IMG/VR virus record: IMGVR_UViG_3300005319_000005
DNA length: 5,343 nt
Source of the DNA: a virus
Reading direction: 5' to 3' (one strand)
Positions 1 through 4,897 of this stretch are shown here, piece by piece. How positions within the stretch are numbered: position 1 is the first letter of the stretch; the number at the start of each line of letters is the position of its first letter. The position numbers were made by a program, and so were the translations under genes. The notes under the pieces were generated by a model that worked only from the letters and a program-made list of their open reading frames with translations, was not told where the DNA came from and ran no database searches.

Positions 1-98
1 CAAGAGAACAAGATGATAGTCCTCGTCGTTTGATGGTTTTACATGAACTTAATTCTTTGCGTGCGAAAAAATTGGTTCGAACTCTTGATAAGAATTGA
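1..98 (+). CDS. VP4: Replication initiator VP4, 3' fragment (last 31 codons plus TGA at 96-98); duplicate of 4481-4578
   Basis: Identical to the end of the 318-aa Rep ORF (...[31 protein letters not shown]). The window starts at codon position 2. Confidence 0.9.
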   Translation, partial: REQDDSPRRLMVLHELNSLRAKKLVRTLDKN

Positions 99-122
99 CC
101 CCACCCCCTCCCGTGCTACAAT
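95..122 (+). promoter_or_regulatory. Candidate sigma70-type promoter for the VP5-VP1-VP2-VP3 block (second copy at 4575-4602)
   Basis: -35 TTGACC (95-100, 5/6 match to consensus), a 16-nt spacer, then an extended -10 TGcTACAAT (TG 114-115, hexamer 117-122, 5/6). It lies about 32 nt upstream of the VP5 ATG, and the -35 overlaps the Rep stop codon. Confidence 0.5.
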
Positions 123-148
123 AATGATACTTTTATTAAGACGGGAGG
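107..148 (+). promoter_or_regulatory. Stem-loop whose 3' arm contains the VP5 Shine-Dalgarno sequence (second copy at 4587-4628)
   Basis: CCTCCCGT (107-114) is the exact reverse complement of ACGGGAGG (141-148), giving an 8-bp stem with a 26-nt AT-rich loop. GGAGG at 144-148 is the VP5 RBS. A C-rich tract (ccccaccccctccc, 99-112) precedes it. Confidence 0.5.
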
Positions 149-153
149 TTTAT

Positions 154-417
154 ATGCAATTAAAAGTATTTTCAATTTTTGATTCTAAAGTTGGTGTTTA
201 TTCAAATCCTTTTTTTTGTCGTTCTAAAGGTGAGGCGTTGCGTACTTTTGGGGATTTAGCAAATGATCCTCAAAGCCGCGTTTGTCATCATCCTGGTGAT
301 TTTACGTTGTTTGAGCTTGGTGAGTTTGAGGATAATACTGCGGTGATTCTTTCGCATGAAGCTTTGATTAATCTTGGTTGTGCAATTGAATTTAAGTCGG
401 AGGTTTCACGTGTCTAA
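154..417 (+). CDS. VP5: Gokushovirus VP5/ORF5-like small nonstructural protein (87 aa)
   Basis: ATG at 154 lies 5 nt after GGAGG (144-148). [21 protein letters not shown]...[14 protein letters not shown]...[17 protein letters not shown] fits the remembered VP5 pattern (F.i.D.K...y..PF / A.R.F / P.DF.L.ELGEFD). Its position between Rep and VP1 is canonical. The track start at 43 lies inside Rep and has no RBS. Confidence 0.8.
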   Translation: MQLKVFSIFDSKVGVYSNPFFCRSKGEALRTFGDLANDPQSRVCHHPGDFTLFELGEFEDNTAVILSHEALINLGCAIEFKSEVSRV

Positions 418-2056
418 GATGCCTTCTGTAATGGCTCATACTTTTTCGCAAGTACCGAAAGCCGAAATTCCTCGATCTAAGTTTAATAGATCTCATGGTT
501 TTAAAACTACGTTTAATGCTGGTTACCTCGTCCCTATGTTTGTGGACGAGGTTTTACCTGGTGATACGTTTAATCTTCGTATGACAGGTTTTGCTCGTTT
601 GGCTACGCCTCTTGTTCCTTTTATGGACAATTTGTTTATGGAGACTTTTTACTTTTTTGTTCCAAGGCGTTTGCTTTGGGACAATTGGCAAAAGTTTAAT
701 GGTGAGCAGTTGAATCCTGGGGATTCAACTGATTTTTTGATTCCTCAGATGCAGGCTCCTACTGGTGGTTATGAAGTAGGTTCTTTGTCGGATTATTTTG
801 GTTTGCCTACGGGAAAAGAGAATTATAAGCATGATTCTGTGATGCATCGTGCTTATAATTTGATTTATAACGAATGGTTTAGAGATGAGAATTTGCAAGA
901 TTCTGTTCCTGTTCCTAAAGGTGATGGTCCTGATAGTCCATCTGATTTTAAATTGTTGAGAAGAGGCAAACGTCATGATTATTTTACCTCCTGTCTTCCT
1001 TGGCCTCAAAAAGGTCCTGCTGTTGATATCCCTTTGGGGCTTGCTGCTCCCATAGTTGCTGGTTCTAATATTCCGATTACTAGTAACGGTTTATCACCGA
1101 CTTTTACTGGTTCTGCTGGTTCTAATGTTACGTTTGCTGTTGATTCTAATAGTGCTGGTGGTGCAGCTTATCGTCATAATTATAGTTTTACTAATACTAC
1201 TAATTCTTCTGGTTCTGTTGTTTTTGGTGGTCAGTCTGGTCTTGAGCTTACTAAGGATAATGCTGAGTCTCATTTGTATGCGGATCTTTCGCAAGCGGAT
1301 GCGGTGACGATTAATTCTTTACGTCAAGCTTTTGCTCTTCAGAAGCTTTTTGAGCGTGATGCGCGAGGTGGTACAAGATATATTGAAATTCTTCAAGCGC
1401 ATTTTCATGTTACTTCTCCTGATGCTCGTTTACAACGTCCTGAGTTTTTAGGTGGAGGATCCACACCGATTAATATTAATCCGATTGCGCAGACTTCTGC
1501 TTCTGGTGATGGTGATACTCCTCAAGGTAACCTTGCGGCTATTGGTACAACTTCGTTTTCAGGTCATGGTTTTACGAAATCTTTTGTTGAGCATGGTGTT
1601 GTGATTGGTCTTGTGAATGTTCGTGCGGATCTTAACTATCAGCAAGGTCTTAATCGTAAGTTTTCACGTCGTACACGATGGGATTTCTATTGGCCTGCTC
1701 TTTCCCATATTGGTGAACAAGCTGTTCTTAACAAAGAAATCTATCTGCAGGGAACTGCTGACGATGAATTAGTGTTCGGCTATCAAGAGAGATATGCTGA
1801 GTATCGTTATAAGCCTTCTTTGATTACTGGTGAGTTTCGTTCTTCATTTGCTCAGTCTTTGGATATTTGGCATTTGGCGCAAGATTTTGCTAATTTGCCT
1901 GTTTTGAATGCTCAGTTTATTGAAGATCATCCCCCTGTTGAGCGTGTTGTTGCTGTTGAGGATGAACCTCAATTTTTGTTTGATTCTTATACAAGTTTAG
2001 TTTGTGCTCGTCCAATTCCGTTGTATGGTGTTCCTGGTCAGATTGATCGTTTTTGA
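410..2056 (+). CDS. VP1: Major capsid protein VP1 (Microviridae F-type capsid, gokushovirus form, about 548 aa)
   Basis: [50 protein letters not shown]...[30 protein letters not shown] and ...[49 protein letters not shown] closely match remembered gokushovirus VP1 blocks. I chose GTG at 410 as the start because GGAGG (399-403) lies 6 nt upstream. The in-frame ATG at 419 is an alternative. The track's TTG at 374 has no RBS and lies inside VP5. Confidence 0.93.
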   Translation: MSKMPSVMAHTFSQVPKAEIPRSKFNRSHGFKTTFNAGYLVPMFVDEVLPGDTFNLRMTGFARLATPLVPFMDNLFMETFYFFVPRRLLWDNWQKFNGEQLNPGDSTDFLIPQMQAPTGGYEVGSLSDYFGLPTGKENYKHDSVMHRAYNLIYNEWFRDENLQDSVPVPKGDGPDSPSDFKLLRRGKRHDYFTSCLPWPQKGPAVDIPLGLAAPIVAGSNIPITSNGLSPTFTGSAGSNVTFAVDSNSAGGAAYRHNYSFTNTTNSSGSVVFGGQSGLELTKDNAESHLYADLSQADAVTINSLRQAFALQKLFERDARGGTRYIEILQAHFHVTSPDARLQRPEFLGGGSTPININPIAQTSASGDGDTPQGNLAAIGTTSFSGHGFTKSFVEHGVVIGLVNVRADLNYQQGLNRKFSRRTRWDFYWPALSHIGEQAVLNKEIYLQGTADDELVFGYQERYAEYRYKPSLITGEFRSSFAQSLDIWHLAQDFANLPVLNAQFIEDHPPVERVVAVEDEPQFLFDSYTSLVCARPIPLYGVPGQIDRF

Positions 2057-2064
2057 GGTTGTTT

Positions 2065-2184
2065 ATGGATTCTGCTGTTAAGTTTGTTACTTTTGCGTTT
2101 GATGCCCATCAGTTTGAGATTGTCTTTTTTTGGACACTTTTGGCTTTAGGTATTCATTTTACTTTACGTTTATTTAAGAGGTGA
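2065..2184 (+). CDS. Small hydrophobic hypothetical protein (39 aa): MDSAVKFVTFAFDAHQFEIVFFWTLLALGIHFTLRLFKR
   Basis: ATG at 2065 lies 6 nt after GAGG (2055-2058, overlapping the VP1 stop TGA 2054-2056). The stop TGA (2182-2184) is 3 nt before the VP2 ATG, and the VP2 SD sits inside the last codons of this ORF. The ORF fills the VP1-VP2 gap exactly. It has a hydrophobic core (IVFFWTLLALGIHFTL) followed by a basic end (RLFKR). It is below the ORF-track length cutoff and I recognise no homolog. Confidence 0.45.
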   Translation: MDSAVKFVTFAFDAHQFEIVFFWTLLALGIHFTLRLFKR

Positions 2185-2187
2185 TTT

Positions 2188-2784
2188 ATGACTTTAGGTG
2201 CTTTAGGCTCTGCCGGTATTGGCGGAGCCTCTTCGTTAGTTGGTGGTTTGCTTGCGAATTCTTCGAATAGGAAGATGGCGCAAAAGCAAATGGATTTTCA
2301 AGAGCGTATGTCTTCTACTGCGTATCAACGTGCTACTGCGGATATGCGTGCTGCTGGTTTAAATCCGATGCTTGCTTTTCAGCAAGGTGGTGCTTCTTCT
2401 CCTTCTGGTGCTATGGCTTCTATGGATGATCCTGTTACTCCTGCTGTGAGTTCTGCAATGGATGCTGCTCGTACGAAAGAGGATCTTGAAAATTTGCGTG
2501 CGCAAAATGAAAATTTGCGTTCTCAGAATAAGCAAATTGATAGTCAGACTACTTTGAATCAAGCTTTGCATGAAAGTGCTGTACAAGATGCTAAATTGAA
2601 ATCTTCTTCTGCTAAGTCTGTTGATGTTAATACTGCTCTTGCTGCTTCTAAATTGCCTGCTGCTAAGAATCAGGCTGATGTTGAGAGTGGTAAGTTTGGT
2701 AAGATCATGGCTTATGTTGATCGTGTTATTCCTGCTGCAAGTTCTGCTGGTAATATTGCTTCGAAAGTCGTTCCTTTTCCTTAA
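2188..2784 (+). CDS. VP2: Minor capsid / DNA pilot protein VP2 (198 aa)
   Basis: GAGG (2178-2181) lies 6 nt before the ATG. A Gly/Ala/Ser-rich N-terminus is followed by QERMSSTAYQRATADMRAAGLNPMLAF, the hallmark gokushovirus VP2 motif. A coiled-coil-like Q/N/L segment follows. Its position after VP1 is canonical. Confidence 0.88.
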   Translation: MTLGALGSAGIGGASSLVGGLLANSSNRKMAQKQMDFQERMSSTAYQRATADMRAAGLNPMLAFQQGGASSPSGAMASMDDPVTPAVSSAMDAARTKEDLENLRAQNENLRSQNKQIDSQTTLNQALHESAVQDAKLKSSSAKSVDVNTALAASKLPAAKNQADVESGKFGKIMAYVDRVIPAASSAGNIASKVVPFP

Positions 2785-2796
2785 TGAGGTTATTTT

Positions 2797-3270
2797 ATGT
2801 ATTCTTTTCGTCATCCTGCGCGTAAGCGTGTTTCTTTTGAGTTTACTGAACCTTCTTTGACTAATCAGTCTGAGAAGGATAGTTGTGATGTTAATCGTAT
2901 TGTGAATCGTCATTTTAATGCTGGTATGAATCCATTTCTTACGGATCCTTCTAGTTTATGTTTTGGTGATGCTTCTGCTGTTCCTGATTATCTTGATGCT
3001 ATGAATTTAATTGCTGATGTTAATGAAACGTTTGAGGCTTTGCCTGTGACAACTCGTGATTTTTTCCGCAATGACCCTAAGGTTTTCTTAGAATTCACTT
3101 CTAACCCTCAAAATATTGATACTATGAGGGATCTAGGTTTGGTTTCCAAGAGAGAAGGCGGAGCCGGCGCCCATGCAGCCGGTGCGACGACTTCGGTGGA
3201 CTCTGAAAAAAATTTTTCGCCGCCTTCGGCGGAGACCTCGCCGCCGGCTATGCCGGCCGAACCCCGTTAA
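2797..3270 (+). CDS. VP3: Internal scaffolding protein VP3 (157 aa) with an atypical GC-rich C-terminal tail
   Basis: GAGG (2786-2789) lies 7 nt before the ATG. SLTNQSEKDSCDVNRIVNRH...FGDASAVPDYLDAMNLIADVNETFEALPVTTRDFFRNDPKVFLEFTSNPQNIDTMRDLGL fits the remembered Chlamydia-phage-type scaffold family (SLT.QS.KDECD.N.IV; F..LP...R..F.NDP..FL.F). The last 38 or so codons (from about 3157) switch to GC-rich codons. Confidence 0.88.
   Translation: MYSFRHPARKRVSFEFTEPSLTNQSEKDSCDVNRIVNRHFNAGMNPFLTDPSSLCFGDASAVPDYLDAMNLIADVNETFEALPVTTRDFFRNDPKVFLEFTSNPQNIDTMRDLGLVSKREGGAGAHAAGATTSVDSEKNFSPPSAETSPPAMPAEPR
3243..3257. repeat. Hairpin GCCGGC-tat-GCCGGC (6-bp stem, 3-nt loop) inside the VP3 tail
   Basis: 3243-3248 pairs with 3252-3257. 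The 8-nt direct repeat TCGCCGCC (3217-3224 and 3238-3245) and a 5-bp hairpin at 3220-3232 lie just upstream. Confidence 0.6.
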
Positions 3271-3280
3271 ACGGGGTTCG
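3258..3280. repeat. Perfect 10-bp GC-rich hairpin whose 3-nt loop is the VP3 stop codon
   Basis: CGAACCCCGT (3258-3267), TAA (3268-3270), ACGGGGTTCG (3271-3280). The arms are exact complements. Confidence 0.8.
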
Positions 3281-3322
3281 CACTCCGCACATGTCTTATA
3301 CTAGTTATATATGTGCGGAGTG
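3281..3322. repeat. Perfect 12-bp inverted repeat with an 18-nt AT-rich loop
   Basis: CACTCCGCACAT (3281-3292) and ATGTGCGGAGTG (3311-3322) are exact reverse complements. The loop contains the palindrome ACTAGT (3300-3305). It abuts the previous hairpin with no spacer. Confidence 0.8.
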
Positions 3323-3339
3323 ACACAAAATAAAAATTT

Positions 3340-3355
3340 CATCCCTTTAGGGATG
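3340..3355. repeat. Small hairpin CATCCC-ttta-GGGATG
   Basis: 6-bp stem (3340-3345 with 3350-3355) and a 4-nt loop, in the VP3-VP8 intergenic region. Confidence 0.5.
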
Positions 3356-3360
3356 CCGAG

Positions 3361-3389
3361 TTAGATTTGTATTAGTGTTTGATTATAAT
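3361..3389 (+). promoter_or_regulatory. Weak candidate promoter upstream of the J/VP8-like gene and Rep
   Basis: Perfect -10 TATAAT (3384-3389) about 25 nt upstream of the 3414 ATG. The best -35 at 17-nt spacing is only TTAGAT (3361-3366, 2/6), so the call rests on the -10 alone. Confidence 0.25.
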
Positions 3390-3413
3390 AGAAAGTTAAA
3401 AGGAGGTTATAAG

Positions 3414-3536
3414 ATGTCATTTAAAAGGAAGAAAATGTCTAGGCGTCATTCTAGGAAGCATTTTACAAAACATGCTTTAAAGACGCATAAACGCAACGTA
3501 GGAGCATCTCCTATGCGTGGCGGTATAAGGTTATAA
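3414..3536 (+). CDS. VP8: Small basic DNA-binding protein (40 aa), gokushovirus VP8/ORF8 type, functional analog of phiX174 J: MSFKRKKMSRRHSRKHFTKHALKTHKRNVGASPMRGGIRL
   Basis: AGGAGG (3401-3406) lies 7 nt before the ATG. About 40% of residues are Lys/Arg/His. The C-terminal PMRGGIRL and the internal MSRR.SRK.F motifs match the small basic proteins I recall from gokushoviruses. Its location between VP3 and VP4 is canonical. It is below the ORF-track cutoff. Confidence 0.75.
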   Translation: MSFKRKKMSRRHSRKHFTKHALKTHKRNVGASPMRGGIRL

Positions 3537-3557
3537 AAATTTTAGGAATTGAATAAA

Positions 3558-3602
3558 AACCCCCTTAAATCTCGTTTTTGCGGACAATGATTTAAGGGGG
3601 TT
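3558..3602. repeat. 14-bp perfect stem-loop immediately upstream of the Rep RBS
   Basis: AACCCCCTTAAATC (3558-3571) pairs with GATTTAAGGGGGTT (3589-3602), leaving a 17-nt loop (tcgtttttgcggacaat). It is preceded by an A-run and followed by only TT, so an intrinsic-terminator geometry appears on the - strand, not the + strand. Confidence 0.75.
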
Positions 3603-3621
3603 CGATGGAGGTTTATTTATT

Positions 3622-4578
3622 ATGGCATGTTCTTGCCCATTGACGGGTTACCGTTCTAACGAGTTTACCAAAAATGGTAAACAAAAGATAGTGTTGTCAA
3701 GTCGTAAATTAGTGCAGTTTTATGGTGGCAATTTAAAAATTCCTAAACAATTGATTTTGAAGCTTCCTTGTGGGAAGTGTGATGGTTGTCGCTTGGAGCG
3801 ATCTCGACAGTGGGCGATTCGCTGTGTGCATGAGGCTTCTTTGTATGAGAACAATTGTTTTATTACGCTTACGTACTCTCCTGAGTATGTTCCTGAAGAT
3901 ATGAGTTTGCGTTTAAGTGATTTTCAAGATTTTATGAAGCGTCTTCGTCGTAATTATGATTATCACCGTGGTGGTAAAGATGTTCGTTATTATCATTCTG
4001 GTGAATATGGTGAGAATTTTGGTCGTCCGCATTATCATGCGTTGTTGTTTAATTATTATTTTAAAGACTTATATTATTGGCGTACTTCTGATACGGGAAA
4101 CCCTGTTTTTCGTTCTCCTACATTGGAGAAGTTATGGCCTTTTGGCTATTCAGAGGTTGGTAGTGTCACGTTTAATAGCGCCGCTTATGTGGCGCGTTAT
4201 ATTATGAAGAAGGTTACTGGCAATAAGGCTGATGATCATTATGTTTTTCAGCATCCTGTTACAGGTGAGGTTACTTGGCGTGATCCTGAATATTCAACGA
4301 TGTCTCGTAAGCCTGGTATAGCTAGGGCTTGGTTTGAAAAACATCATCAGGATGTTTTTCCGAAAGATATGGTTTTGATTAATGGTAAGAAGCAGAAGCC
4401 TCCTCGTTTTTATGATAGTTTGTTTGAGATTTTTTATCCTCAAGATTATGAGCTTATGAAATTAAAGCGAACTTTGAATGCAAGAGAACAAGATGATAGT
4501 CCTCGTCGTTTGATGGTTTTACATGAACTTAATTCTTTGCGTGCGAAAAAATTGGTTCGAACTCTTGATAAGAATTGA
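3622..4578 (+). CDS. VP4: Rolling-circle replication initiator VP4 (HUH endonuclease, phiX174 gpA-like, 318 aa)
   Basis: GGAGG (3607-3611) lies 10 nt before the ATG. Motif I is CFITLTY. The HUH motif is HYH (H137, Y138, H139) in [10 protein letters not shown] (nt 4030-4038). Two catalytic Tyr residues spaced as in gpA occur in [11 protein letters not shown] (Y189 at 4186-4188, Y193 at 4198-4200). The N-terminal Cys cluster [20 protein letters not shown] is typical of gokushovirus Rep. Confidence 0.93.
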   Translation: MACSCPLTGYRSNEFTKNGKQKIVLSSRKLVQFYGGNLKIPKQLILKLPCGKCDGCRLERSRQWAIRCVHEASLYENNCFITLTYSPEYVPEDMSLRLSDFQDFMKRLRRNYDYHRGGKDVRYYHSGEYGENFGRPHYHALLFNYYFKDLYYWRTSDTGNPVFRSPTLEKLWPFGYSEVGSVTFNSAAYVARYIMKKVTGNKADDHYVFQHPVTGEVTWRDPEYSTMSRKPGIARAWFEKHHQDVFPKDMVLINGKKQKPPRFYDSLFEIFYPQDYELMKLKRTLNAREQDDSPRRLMVLHELNSLRAKKLVRTLDKN

Positions 4579-4633
4579 CCCCACCCCCTCCCGTGCTACA
4601 ATAATGATACTTTTATTAAGACGGGAGGTTTAT

Positions 4634-4897
4634 ATGCAATTAAAAGTATTTTCAATTTTTGATTCTAAAGTTGGTGTTTATTCAAATCCTTTTTTTTGTC
4701 GTTCTAAAGGTGAGGCGTTGCGTACTTTTGGGGATTTAGCAAATGATCCTCAAAGCCGCGTTTGTCATCATCCTGGTGATTTTACGTTGTTTGAGCTTGG
4801 TGAGTTTGAGGATAATACTGCGGTGATTCTTTCGCATGAAGCTTTGATTAATCTTGGTTGTGCAATTGAATTTAAGTCGGAGGTTTCACGTGTCTAA
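4634..4897 (+). CDS. VP5: VP5-like protein, second (wrap-around) copy of 154-417
   Basis: Identical sequence shifted by 4,480 nt. Confidence 0.8.
   Translation: MQLKVFSIFDSKVGVYSNPFFCRSKGEALRTFGDLANDPQSRVCHHPGDFTLFELGEFEDNTAVILSHEALINLGCAIEFKSEVSRV

Larger units (their letters stand above)
1..863. repeat. Terminal redundancy copy 1, identical to 4481-5343 (wrap-around of a 4,480-nt circular genome)
   Basis: Block-by-block comparison by eye of 1-863 with 4481-5343 found no mismatch. The repeat offset is exactly 4,480 nt, and the repeat runs to the last base of the window. Confidence 0.95.

Noticed and set aside
43-153. N-terminal 37-codon extension of the VP5 ORF as drawn in the ORF track (start at 43; also 4523 in copy 2)
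   Set aside because: It overlaps the last Rep codons in another frame and has no SD. The ATG at 154 has GGAGG 5 nt upstream and begins the conserved [10 protein letters not shown]... sequence.
374-409. TTG-374 start for VP1 as given by the ORF track
   Set aside because: It has no RBS and lies inside the VP5 coding sequence. GTG 410 has a well-spaced GGAGG, and family conservation begins around PSVMAHTF.
1458-1478. Perfect palindrome ATTAATATTAAT flanked by CCGATT direct repeats inside VP1
   Set aside because: It encodes PININPI within the conserved VP1 core and is a short AT-only palindrome, common by chance in this composition. No flanking structure suggests a regulatory or origin role.
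725-2913. Minus-strand ORFs 725-1009, 1094-1294 and 2359-2913
   Set aside because: They are antisense to well-supported genes, and their products are Arg/Ser/Thr/Ile/Asn-rich low-complexity strings with no RBS. Microviridae are transcribed from one strand only. Long antisense open frames are expected from the biased codon usage.
3205-3232. Possible -1 frameshift cassette in the VP3 tail: slippery A_AAA_AAT (3207-3213), a 6-nt spacer and a GC hairpin (3220-3232), resembling the dnaX arrangement
   Set aside because: The stem is only 5 bp. The -1 frame would add about 36 residues (FFAAFGGDLAAGYAGRTPLNGV... to TGA 3321-3323) with no recognisable features, and no second product is needed to explain the genome. 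The A7T5 run is more simply part of the palindrome-rich element. Only mass spectrometry or conservation analysis would justify the call.
3281-3322. 12-bp inverted repeat as a XerCD/dif-like attachment site
   Set aside because: Canonical dif has 11-bp arms around a 6-bp core, whereas these arms are 18 nt apart. My manual alignment to the E. coli and Bacillus dif sequences gave only scattered matches. I kept it only as an alternative to test under the hairpin-array finding.
3605-3643. 12-codon upstream ORF ([12 protein letters not shown]) overlapping the Rep SD and start codon
   Set aside because: The only SD-like sequence (GGGGG, 3596-3600) is 4 nt away and buried in the 14-bp stem. The peptide is very short and nothing in the sequence supports its translation.
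1056-4207. Three extremely hydrophobic overlapping + strand ORFs (1056-1307 in VP1, 2621-2860 across VP2/VP3, 3956-4207 in VP4) that could be phiX174 E-like overprinted lysis genes
   Set aside because: All three lie in the +1 frame of their host gene, where the T-rich third codon position becomes codon position 2 and automatically encodes Leu, Ile, Val and Phe. None has a GAGGT-type SD before its start (TTG 1056, TTG 2621 or ATG 2624, ATG 3956). The products are uniformly hydrophobic with no domain structure. They are best explained as compositional by-products. Conservation of the open frames in relatives would reopen the question.
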